From Candidatus Aenigmatarchaeota archaeon (lineage in GTDB: Archaea > Aenigmatarchaeota > Aenigmatarchaeia > CG10238-14), in NCBI GenBank assembly GCA_018304545.1, contig JAGVVZ010000002.1, positions 99,740 through 163,739 of the forward strand: 64,000 bases of DNA, given 5' to 3'. This document shows positions 37,000-44,854 of the stretch, piece by piece. The position numbers and the translations under genes were made by a program. Every line of letters starts with the position of its first letter. The first letter of the stretch is position 1. A model generated the notes under the pieces. It was given only the letters and a program-made list of their open reading frames with translations, was not told the DNA's origin and made no database searches.

Positions 37000-37086
37000 T
37001 GGGAGAATGGGGATTTGAACCCCAGTTACCAGCGTTCTCTCTATGTCCCGAGGCTAGAGTCATAAACCAAACTAGACTATTCTCCC
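37000..37086 (-). tRNA. tRNA-Pro (anticodon CGG) with a 12-nt intron at the canonical 37/38 site
   Basis: Hand fold: acceptor GGGAGAA/TTCTCCC, D-loop with GG, anticodon stem CTAGC/GCTGG, loop CTCGGG+C, T-arm TGGGG-TTCAAAT-CCCCA, discriminator A. 87 nt in total, 75 nt without the intron (ACATAGAGAGAA). Confidence 0.7.
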
Positions 37087-37128
37087 AGAATTTCATATGA
37101 ATATTTAATTAAAATACAAATTTGTATG

Positions 37129-37512
37129 TTATTCTTTTCCTAAAAATCGAAATATTTTATGAGTCATATATCCAATTGAAAAACCAAATACTAAACCAAA
37201 TAAAACATCTAAAGGCCTACTTGTTAATATTATTATTTCATAACTTGAAATTATTATTGAGATAGGTAATAAAACAAAATGTAAGTTTAATTTTCTTTTT
37301 TCATAAAAAAATACAGTTGTTAGCGAGAATAAAATCAGTGAACTCATACTTGGAAATGAATAATCGTTAGGGCATCCAGGTAAGCTAATACACGGTCTCT
37401 TTACCTTCACTATATTTTTTATTATAGAACCAGATAAATAACTCAATGACACTATGAACAAGAATAATACAAATATAGGTATGTATTTTTTTATTGGATC
37501 CTTTCCTTTCAT
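37129..37512 (-). CDS. PAP2-like membrane protein with degenerate phosphatase motifs
   Basis: 127 aa, 4 TM. KVKRPC (K-x6-RP) is present. PSGH reads FPSMSS, and SR-x5-H-x3-D is shortened to SRPLDVLFG. Confidence 0.45.
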   Translation of the reverse strand: MKGKDPIKKYIPIFVLFLFIVSLSYLSGSIIKNIVKVKRPCISLPGCPNDYSFPSMSSLILFSLTTVFFYEKRKLNLHFVLLPISIIISSYEIIILTSRPLDVLFGLVFGFSIGYMTHKIFRFLGKE

Positions 37513-37516
37513 TTTA

Positions 37517-37939
37517 TCACATAATTTCTATGTTAATTAAAATTTTCCTTTCAGTTTTTTTCAAATCGTTTATTATATCCCTATTTATATCTATTGATGA
37601 TTTATTTGCTAAAATAGCTAGTGTTCTATCATCAATGAAGTTAGACTTTCTTATTATTATACTATTTTTATCTTTGAAGGTTAAATTTGGAGATCCTTGT
37701 GCTATTATTTCATCTGTTTTGCCATTTGTTAATAGAATTACTTTAATTTTTTTTCCAAGAATTAATTCATTTTTTAATTCTTCATTGACATCATAGCATC
37801 CTTTATTAGATTTTATTGCTATTATACAGTCTCCATTTTTTGTTAAATAATTTTGTTTAGTTATTTCTATCGTTGTCCTATGTTGTCCTAATATATTTTT
37901 ATGTCCATATGCAATTATCTGTTCTGATATTTTTTTCAT
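37517..37939 (-). CDS. DUF371-family protein
   Basis: 140 aa. IIAYGHKNILGQHRTTIEITK..LTKNGDCIIAIKS matches my recollection of DUF371. Confidence 0.5.
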   Translation of the reverse strand: MKKISEQIIAYGHKNILGQHRTTIEITKQNYLTKNGDCIIAIKSNKGCYDVNEELKNELILGKKIKVILLTNGKTDEIIAQGSPNLTFKDKNSIIIRKSNFIDDRTLAILANKSSIDINRDIINDLKKTERKILINIEIM

Positions 37940-37943
37940 AAAA

Positions 37944-38687
37944 TCAATATATTTTTCTCGCGAATGTTAACCAGCCGGTATGCATAATACCCAGAGTTTT
38001 TGGTCTTGTAAAAACCTCTGTTTGCCATTCTCTCCTTATATTTTCTATTGTTTTTAAATTAACAAAATTATACTTGTTGATTTCGTTTATAACTAACTTC
38101 ACTTGTTCTATGTACGGAGAAAAAACAACGAGCCATCCACCAATTTTTAGTGATTTATATGCGTCTTCTATAATCTTTTCTGCGTCTTTCATATCTAATG
38201 TTACCATGTCTACATTTTTTTCTTTCATACCATCTGTTATATCTTCGTTTACTATCTTCACATTTTTTAGTTTTAACATTTCTATATTTTTTTTAGCTGA
38301 ATTGTAGAAATTTGTGTTTTTTTCATAGGTTATAATTTTGCTATTTTTTAAATAATATCCTAAAAACATGCAGAGAAATCCAGATCCGGTGCCTGCGTCA
38401 ACGATTAGACTTTTATCTGGTATTCCTGTGACCGATAAAATTAGACTTGTGTCCTCAGGGGTTATTATTTGAGGCAGCCTCTTCATTTTTTTGTTTAAAA
38501 AATCAATCATTGTTGGTTTCACTATTACAAACATTTCATTAGAATGTGTGTATATTTTGTTTCCCCAATTCATTTTTTTTATTTTAGATAAGTCTAAAAT
38601 TCCATACTGTGTATGGAATTTTTCGTTGTTTAATTTAACTAGAAAGTTTCTTTTACCCATAAGCATTACATAGTCTTCTTTTATCAT
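37944..38687 (-). CDS. trmI: tRNA (adenine-N1)-methyltransferase TrmI (Gcd14 family)
   Basis: 247 aa. LPQIITPEDTSLILSVTGIPDKSLIVDAGTGSGFL, VDMVTLDM. Confidence 0.8.
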   Translation of the reverse strand: MIKEDYVMLMGKRNFLVKLNNEKFHTQYGILDLSKIKKMNWGNKIYTHSNEMFVIVKPTMIDFLNKKMKRLPQIITPEDTSLILSVTGIPDKSLIVDAGTGSGFLCMFLGYYLKNSKIITYEKNTNFYNSAKKNIEMLKLKNVKIVNEDITDGMKEKNVDMVTLDMKDAEKIIEDAYKSLKIGGWLVVFSPYIEQVKLVINEINKYNFVNLKTIENIRREWQTEVFTRPKTLGIMHTGWLTFARKIY

Positions 38688-38748
38688 ATTCTCAGTTAAA
38701 TATGATTAGTTAACCAATATAAATCACTATAGAAATGAGCCGCTAGAA

Positions 38749-38874
38749 CTATTTTTTCTTTAAATTCTTCCTACAGGTTTTACATAGAGGAGCCCTGAAT
38801 CCAAGCCAATTTACTCTAATAAGTCTTCCAACTTCTTTTATTGCTTTACCACACTTACTGCATTTTTTTTGCAT
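38749..38874 (-). CDS. Small zinc-ribbon protein (41 aa), not in the ORF track
   Basis: Hand translation gives MQKKCSKCGKAIKEVGRLIRVNWLGFRAPLCKTCRKNLKKK (CxxC...CxxC). It lies 61 nt upstream of trmI on the same strand. Confidence 0.35.
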   Translation of the reverse strand: MQKKCSKCGKAIKEVGRLIRVNWLGFRAPLCKTCRKNLKKK

Positions 38875-38932
38875 TTTATCCCTTATATATTATTTTGTAT
38901 AATAAATTATATTTAATTAGATGTGATATAAT

Positions 38933-39994
38933 TTGAAGTGCTATATAACCATCAGTCCATTGGGTGTGTTCGGAATAAGCGAAAAAGGAGAGATAATTAA
39001 ACACGTTCCATTTAGTAAAGATTCTATTTTGGCAGCCAAGAAAATACTAGATACAGGAGTTCTACCAGAAGAGAATGATATTACATCTTATCTTAAGAAA
39101 ATAGGCTATAACGAGTTTATTTCTTCCAAAAGGAGCGATATATATGAACTTGAGCACAACAATTTTGGAGATAAACTGATCAGAAAAAAAATGAGAACCA
39201 TAGCAAAAACCATTAATTTAAATGAACAGGATCTGAACAAATATTTAACAGATTTGGGTATTGAAATAACTAGAATAGAAACAAAACAGACTGTAAAGAA
39301 AGATAAAATAGTCATGGAAGCTATAGATGCTATTGACGAACTAGATAAGTCAATTAACATTTTTGTTAGCAGATTACGTGAATGGTACGGATTACATTTT
39401 CCTGAATTAAATAACATAGTGGATAACCACGAAAAATATGTCAAAATTGTATCTGCGCATGGCTTAAGAGATAATATAACGGATGAAAATTTTTTAGAAT
39501 TAGTCAAAAATAGTATGGGTATAGACCTTAATAAAAAAGATGAAGAAACATTAAAAGAATTTTCTAACAATATATTGAATTTGTATAAATTGAGAAACAA
39601 CCTTGAAGCATATGTCGAATTTGTACTTAATGAAATAGCACCTAATTTCAGCTCTGTAGCAGGACATTTATTAGCTGCGAGATTGATATCTCTTGCTGGC
39701 GGTTTAGAAAAATTAGCGAAAAAGCCATCGTCAACAATACAATTGTTAGGTGCTGAAAAAGCTCTGTTTAGGTATTTACACGGTCACGGTAGGAGTCCTA
39801 AACACGGTAGTTTGTATATGCATAATTTAATTCAACAGGCACCATTCAATAAAAAAGGTAAAATAGCTAGGATTCTCGCAGCTAAATTAAGTATTGCCAT
39901 TAAAATGGATTATTATGGGAATACAAACAGATCTAATGAGTTAAAAAAAGAACTTGAAGACAGAATAAAGGGAGTTATGCTAGAAAAAGATTGA
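38933..39994 (+). CDS. nop5: Nop56/58 (Nop5) C/D box sRNP core protein
   Basis: 353 aa, TTG start. NOSIC/Nop domain LREWYGLHFPEL, AGGLEKLAKKPSSTIQLLGAEKALFR, KGKIARILAAKLSIAIKMDYY. Confidence 0.9.
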   Translation: MKCYITISPLGVFGISEKGEIIKHVPFSKDSILAAKKILDTGVLPEENDITSYLKKIGYNEFISSKRSDIYELEHNNFGDKLIRKKMRTIAKTINLNEQDLNKYLTDLGIEITRIETKQTVKKDKIVMEAIDAIDELDKSINIFVSRLREWYGLHFPELNNIVDNHEKYVKIVSAHGLRDNITDENFLELVKNSMGIDLNKKDEETLKEFSNNILNLYKLRNNLEAYVEFVLNEIAPNFSSVAGHLLAARLISLAGGLEKLAKKPSSTIQLLGAEKALFRYLHGHGRSPKHGSLYMHNLIQQAPFNKKGKIARILAAKLSIAIKMDYYGNTNRSNELKKELEDRIKGVMLEKD

Positions 39995-40029
39995 ATAGCT
40001 TTTTAATATTATTTTCATCTATTAATACC

Positions 40030-40353
40030 ATGATCGACAATCTTCAGGGCCTATCTATGTATCTGCTCCTTGTTTTAGTTATTATAGTTGCCCTTGGCTC
40101 AATATTAATTTTGAAATCATCTTTGTATAGTTTTGATACACCGAAAACTTCTTGTTTTAAAGATGAAGATTGTGGACCAGCAACTTGTTGTCATGCTAAT
40201 AAAGCTATAAATAAAGTTTACGGATCTAACTGCTTAGGTGTTTCTTGTACGGAAGAATGCAAAAAAGGAACTATAGACTGCGGCTGTGGCAGGATAGCTT
40301 GTGTGAGCAGCAAATGTTCAATAGTTTGGACGAAAAACAATTCTTGGTGCTAA
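40030..40353 (+). CDS. Small membrane-anchored cysteine-rich protein (12 Cys in about 72 extracytoplasmic residues)
   Basis: Start set to ATG 40030. Signal anchor MYLLLVLVIIVALGSILIL, then ..SCFKDEDCGPATCCHANKA..NCLGVSCTEECKKGTIDCGCGRIACVSSKCSIVWTKNNSWC. Sits between nop5 and fibrillarin. Confidence 0.5.
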   Translation: MIDNLQGLSMYLLLVLVIIVALGSILILKSSLYSFDTPKTSCFKDEDCGPATCCHANKAINKVYGSNCLGVSCTEECKKGTIDCGCGRIACVSSKCSIVWTKNNSWC

Positions 40354-40354
40354 T

Positions 40355-41023
40355 ATGGAAATAACGCCTCATAAAAAATTTCCTGGAATTTTTTTATTTA
40401 AAAACAATCTTGCTACAAAAAATTTAGTTCCTGGAAAAAGGGTTTATGAAGAACAATTGTTTAAGCACAACGGGATCGAATACAGAGAATGGATATCTTT
40501 CCGATCAAAACCAGCAGCAGCCATAAAAAAAGGACTAAATCAATTTCCATTATTAGAAAAAATGAAAGTTCTTTATTTAGGTTTGGCAAGTTCTACAACA
40601 GCATCTCATTTTTCTGATATCGTCGGAAAAGATGGACTGATATACGGAATAGAAATTTCCGAGAGAGTGTTGAGAGACACTTTACCGGTTGCGAAGGAAA
40701 GAGAAAATTTAGTGCCTTTACTAGCTAACGGTAGGAACCCAGAGAGCTATTCATGGATAGAAGAAGTAGATCTAGTCTACGCGGATATTGCAATACCTGA
40801 CATGACAGAGGTTTTTATAAGAAACTGTGAATTTTTCTTGAAACCAAAAGGTTTTGCCATGATTGCTATTAAATCTAGAAGTATAGATGTTACACAGAAA
40901 CCTCAAATAATATATAAGAATGAAAGGAAAAAACTAGAAAATAAATTTAATGTGGTGGATTTCGTAACATTAGAACCACTTGAAAGAGATCACGGGTTCT
41001 TTGTTTGTAAGGCAAAGAGCTAA
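40355..41023 (+). CDS. flpA: Fibrillarin (rRNA/tRNA 2'-O-methyltransferase)
   Basis: 222 aa. YREWISFRSKPAAAI, VLYLGLASSTTASHFSDIV, VYADIA, HGFFVCKA. Confidence 0.9.
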   Translation: MEITPHKKFPGIFLFKNNLATKNLVPGKRVYEEQLFKHNGIEYREWISFRSKPAAAIKKGLNQFPLLEKMKVLYLGLASSTTASHFSDIVGKDGLIYGIEISERVLRDTLPVAKERENLVPLLANGRNPESYSWIEEVDLVYADIAIPDMTEVFIRNCEFFLKPKGFAMIAIKSRSIDVTQKPQIIYKNERKKLENKFNVVDFVTLEPLERDHGFFVCKAKS

Positions 41024-41092
41024 TTTATAGGTTTCATCCAACCAAATAGATTTCTTCCATTTATTAGATTTAACTTCATTTTTAAAACATTT

Positions 41093-41299
41093 CTATCTAA
41101 TATTAAACTCCCCTGTATTTGCGCTAATTCTTCCATTATTCCAACCTCCGTGTATATTTAATTCAGTTAATTTTCTTTGGGCTATTGATATTTCTTCGAT
41201 TAAAACACTTTCTTGACAACTTCTGCAGAAAATTCTTTTTTTGCCGAATCCGTCTAAAAACCTTATCAATCTTGGGGAATGACATTTATAACATTTCAT
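41093..41299 (-). CDS. Small zinc-ribbon protein, unknown function
   Basis: Start set to ATG 41299. MKCYKCHSPRLIRF..IFCRSCQ. Confidence 0.4.
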   Translation of the reverse strand: MKCYKCHSPRLIRFLDGFGKKRIFCRSCQESVLIEEISIAQRKLTELNIHGGWNNGRISANTGEFNIR

Positions 41300-41399
41300 T
41301 ATAATCACTATTCTATTTTTAATTCATGCGTATACTTTATTTTTGAAACTGTAAAGTTTCTTTGAACGAAGAAAATAGGACTAATGAGCACTCTTTTTA

Positions 41400-42518
41400 T
41401 TAAACAGAGGCCAATAATTCTTCAAAAAAATTATTTAACTCATCAATATCCATATTAATTCCTATTGCTGATTTATGTCCGCCGCCAATGGCAGAAGGGA
41501 CATTTATTTTTATCTTCTCTAATAATTCTACTAGATTGGTTTCTCTCTTATTTTGTTCTATACGAATACTTATTTTGACCTTTCCGCCCCTTTGGTTTCT
41601 ATTAACAACACAAACAATCCATTCTGGATACATCTTTCTGATTTTATCTGATAAGAAAGAGGTAATCCCACTTAAATTTACTTTTTTTGGTTCAAACACC
41701 ACAACTTTTTTATCTCTATAGAAGGTCGCGGTTTTTTCAAAATCGTTCAGAGAATTTTCTATTTCTGATACCATTTTCTCATAGAATTTTTTTACTGAAT
41801 ATGAATTGGTCGTTAATCCATTAATGAATTGGTCCGGTCTATCTTTGCACTCGATTAAGCTTAATACAGAAGTTTTTGTTCCTTCTTCTCCTTTAACCAT
41901 TCTTCCCGATCTAACCATATCCCACATAATGCCAAAAATTGAGTTTTCTATATCTTCTTGTGTTATCTTAGTTTTAATTAAATTTGGATAATTTTTTTCA
42001 GTATCTTCAAATATTTCTTTACATGCCTCAACTCTATGATCTTCTGTGACACCTATACAACCTATCCAAGAAGCACCTTCTTCCGGAAACATTTTTTTTA
42101 AAACTTTGTATATCATGAAGCTTGTAGGAACAACTTTATTATCACTTTTTTCAAAAAATCTTGGATTCAGATATAACATATTACTGGTTTTTATGTCTTG
42201 ACCGAAAATATGATGGTCTAAAATGAATCCATTGAATATATTTAATTTTTTCGGATCTATAGACAGATCTAGAGTGACCGTTAATTCGGGATTTATTACT
42301 TTTAACGAACTCAATAATCTTTTGTTTATGCTGTTAGCTCCTCTTAATGGGAATAAAATAGGATAGGATCCCGTCAAATTATTAACTATGATAGAAAATA
42401 GTGCCGCCGAAGAACATCCGTCGCCATCATCATGATGTATCAGACAAACAACATCATCCGTCTTTAATTTTTTAAGAATGTTTTCTATGCTCTCAATCAG
42501 TTCGTCTAAATTATTCAG
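41400..42518 (-). CDS. DHH/DHHA1 phosphoesterase (NrnA/RecJ-like); N-terminus extended upstream of the track ORF to a CTG overlapping the HD-gene stop
   Basis: The track ORF starts at TTG 42377, but the frame is open to 42524. The extra codons encode ...DDVVCLIHHDDGDGCSSAALF (DHH motif I/II). Downstream are ILDHHIF and the DHHA1 motif GGGHKSA. Confidence 0.7.
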   Translation of the reverse strand: MNNLDELIESIENILKKLKTDDVVCLIHHDDGDGCSSAALFSIIVNNLTGSYPILFPLRGANSINKRLLSSLKVINPELTVTLDLSIDPKKLNIFNGFILDHHIFGQDIKTSNMLYLNPRFFEKSDNKVVPTSFMIYKVLKKMFPEEGASWIGCIGVTEDHRVEACKEIFEDTEKNYPNLIKTKITQEDIENSIFGIMWDMVRSGRMVKGEEGTKTSVLSLIECKDRPDQFINGLTTNSYSVKKFYEKMVSEIENSLNDFEKTATFYRDKKVVVFEPKKVNLSGITSFLSDKIRKMYPEWIVCVVNRNQRGGKVKISIRIEQNKRETNLVELLEKIKINVPSAIGGGHKSAIGINMDIDELNNFFEELLASV

Positions 42519-43135
42519 TCTTCCTCACCGGCCTCTTGCATTTTTTGTCTCTTTAATAATTCAAATTGTTTCTCTAGTTTTAATTTTCCGTAATGATAAT
42601 ATTCTATTAGCGACACGAGGGTGTCGAGATAATGCAAAGTTAATGCCTCAAAGGATCTTGGTGGTGTTGGTCCGCCTTCACCAAAATGTGATGCTACTAT
42701 ATGAATAACTTCTTCCGGAAAATCTCTAGAATATAATTCAGCTACAGCAAGCATTGTATGATCAAGCATTATTCCAGTTGGCTCTAAATCACCGCTAGAA
42801 TCTCTATTGTATTCAAATGCCTTCATTAAATCGTGGAGTATAGTCCCGGCAAGTAAATAGTCTTCATTCAAACTGAGGCCGTATTGCTGTTTGAAGAGTT
42901 TTACAGCATCTGAGCAGAACTCTGACAATGTGACGGTATGATTAAGCACATCCCTTTCAACAGGACCCAAACTAGATGATCCGACAGCAAAAACACTTGC
43001 AGCCTTTTCTATCGCCTCTGCCTTGTACTTCTGAAATTCTTTATTTGAAAGTTTCATATCTCTGATTAGATCAATCACCCTTTTTCTAAGGTCCTTATCC
43101 TTTATTTTTTCCGCTTGTTTTAACAATCTTTCCAT
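42515..43135 (-). CDS. HD-domain phosphohydrolase
   Basis: 206 aa. LNHT..., GTILHDLMKA (HD), MLDHT, IVASHFG. Confidence 0.7.
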   Translation of the reverse strand: MERLLKQAEKIKDKDLRKRVIDLIRDMKLSNKEFQKYKAEAIEKAASVFAVGSSSLGPVERDVLNHTVTLSEFCSDAVKLFKQQYGLSLNEDYLLAGTILHDLMKAFEYNRDSSGDLEPTGIMLDHTMLAVAELYSRDFPEEVIHIVASHFGEGGPTPPRSFEALTLHYLDTLVSLIEYYHYGKLKLEKQFELLKRQKMQEAGEED

Positions 43136-43192
43136 AACATTACCTTAGTACTTTTTGGATAACATAATATTAAAAGGCTTTAGTATATTGGT

Positions 43193-43666
43193 TTATGGTA
43201 GATACAATACATTTCCTCTATGCATGCGTTCTGGCTCTATATTAGGATTTAATCTGATTATATCACCTTTTAATCTAGCAGTAGTCCATCCACTATATCT
43301 AGGATCATTTTTGATTAAATAATCTGCAATGCCCCATATTGTATCACCACGATTTACAACGTATATTTGAGGAGTTGCAATTGGATTCGGAATAACTGGT
43401 GTTGGTGTTAGAGAAAATCCATTATCTACATCTCCGCCCCCAGTTCCTGATAATCCTGATAAAGCTCCTTCATATGTATCGTTGCGTCCTTGTTGGTATC
43501 CACTAGCGTATCCATCTTGACGTGCCCCTTCCATATCTCCATTTCTTGAAACACGTCCTCCATAAAACCCGATACCAAGGAGCATAGAGGCTACTAAAAA
43601 TATCCTGACAAATTTATTACTTAAAGAATCCCTGATAGACTGCAAGTGTTGCATTCTTCTCTCCAA
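43193..43666 (-). CDS. Membrane-anchored LysM-domain protein
   Basis: 157 aa. N-terminal TM FVRIFLVASMLLGIGF, a Gly/Tyr/Gln-rich linker, and a C-terminal LysM YVVNRGDTIWGIADYL...IIRLNPNI...GNVLYLP. Confidence 0.7.
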   Translation of the reverse strand: MERRMQHLQSIRDSLSNKFVRIFLVASMLLGIGFYGGRVSRNGDMEGARQDGYASGYQQGRNDTYEGALSGLSGTGGGDVDNGFSLTPTPVIPNPIATPQIYVVNRGDTIWGIADYLIKNDPRYSGWTTARLKGDIIRLNPNIEPERMHRGNVLYLP

Positions 43667-43732
43667 AACAAAAGAAGAAAATTAACTATTTAAACCATTC
43701 TTTTCCTAAAAATTGGCAAACAAAATAAAAAA

Positions 43733-44038
43733 TTAACCAAATAGGCTTGCTAATCCACTTGCCGCTTCTTCTGCAGCCTTTTCTTCTTTCTTTTCTTCTT
43801 TCACTTCTTTCTTTTCTGCTTTAGCTTCTCCACCTGTTACAGGTGCTACTGCCATCATAGGCATTGCTGACTGCTTAATAACGTCTTCTATATTTACGCC
43901 TTCTAATGCAGATACTAACGCCTTTACTTTAGCATCTTCTGCTTTGGCTCCTGCACTCTCTAGGACTTTCTTTACATTGCCTTCATTAACTTCCTTTCCT
44001 GCGGAATGAAGCAATAATGCTGAATATACGTATTCCAC
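43733..44038 (-). CDS. rpl12: Ribosomal stalk protein P1 (L12e)
   Basis: 101 aa. [19 protein letters not shown]..., a KE-rich hinge, and the C-terminal tail SGLASLFG. Confidence 0.9.
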   Translation of the reverse strand: MEYVYSALLLHSAGKEVNEGNVKKVLESAGAKAEDAKVKALVSALEGVNIEDVIKQSAMPMMAVAPVTGGEAKAEKKEVKEEKKEEKAAEEAASGLASLFG

Positions 44039-44041
44039 TCT

Positions 44042-44854
44042 TTACACCTCCTGAAATTTCAATTCATTTTCTAAAATTTTCAACTTTTTAAGTTTTTCAT
44101 GATCTGTAAAATCAACATGACAAGGCACAACAGTAACAGCATTTTTTATCCATTCAGCATCACTATTTTCAGGAAATATTTTATTTTTAAAGGGTAATCC
44201 AATATTGAAAAAGTGATCCTTTCTCTTATCTATCCCATTATCGTAATATCCATCTCTTATTGCACGCACAACCTTGATATTGTCAGTTTTTTTAGTCGGA
44301 ATATTTATGTTTAACCAATCGGCACCCTTAAGGCCGTTTTTTAAAACCCATTTTACTATTTTTTCTTCGACTTTTTGTGGAAAATCAAACATATGTTCGA
44401 ATCCGTTATGATCTGCATGATGTATATACTTGATTTCTTCATTATCTGGTGTGTAGCCGAAGGCTAGAGATGGTATGCCCATACAGGATGCCATAAAAGC
44501 CGCTGAGCATGTTCCTGACATAATTATTGCTGAATTACTAATTTGTTCGCCTATGTTTATTCCTGAAATAACAAAATCGGGTTTTTCATCTTTTAAATCA
44601 TGAAGCAGAGCTAACCTGACAACATCGACAGGCGTTCCGTCTACAGAAACACATTCTGTCCCGTCCAACAAGTTTCTTTTGTAGTACTTCACAGGTTTGT
44701 TAACAGTCATTCTAGATCCACCAGCTGTATTCTGAGTTTCAGTTGCATAAACATACACTTCTCCTAAATTTTCGACAGCCTTTTTTGATGCTAGTAAACC
44801 TGGAGAGTTATATCCGTCATCGCAAGTCAATAAAAATTTTATCAAATTAAACAC
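44042..44854 (-). CDS. surE: 5'/3'-nucleotidase SurE
   Basis: 270 aa. FLLTCDDGYNSPGL (SurE N-D-D-G type N-terminus) and SGINIGEQ. GTG start at 44854, or TTG at 44845. Confidence 0.85.
   Translation of the reverse strand: MFNLIKFLLTCDDGYNSPGLLASKKAVENLGEVYVYATETQNTAGGSRMTVNKPVKYYKRNLLDGTECVSVDGTPVDVVRLALLHDLKDEKPDFVISGINIGEQISNSAIIMSGTCSAAFMASCMGIPSLAFGYTPDNEEIKYIHHADHNGFEHMFDFPQKVEEKIVKWVLKNGLKGADWLNINIPTKKTDNIKVVRAIRDGYYDNGIDKRKDHFFNIGLPFKNKIFPENSDAEWIKNAVTVVPCHVDFTDHEKLKKLKILENELKFQEV

Noticed and set aside
42510-42530. Programmed -1 frameshift fusing the HD and DHH ORFs into one protein
   Set aside because: The DHH frame has a TGA at 42525..42527, so a shift would have to occur within the last two or three HD codons (gag gaa gac tga). 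No slippery heptamer is present there. Reinitiation at the overlapping CTG, or a sequencing error, is more economical.
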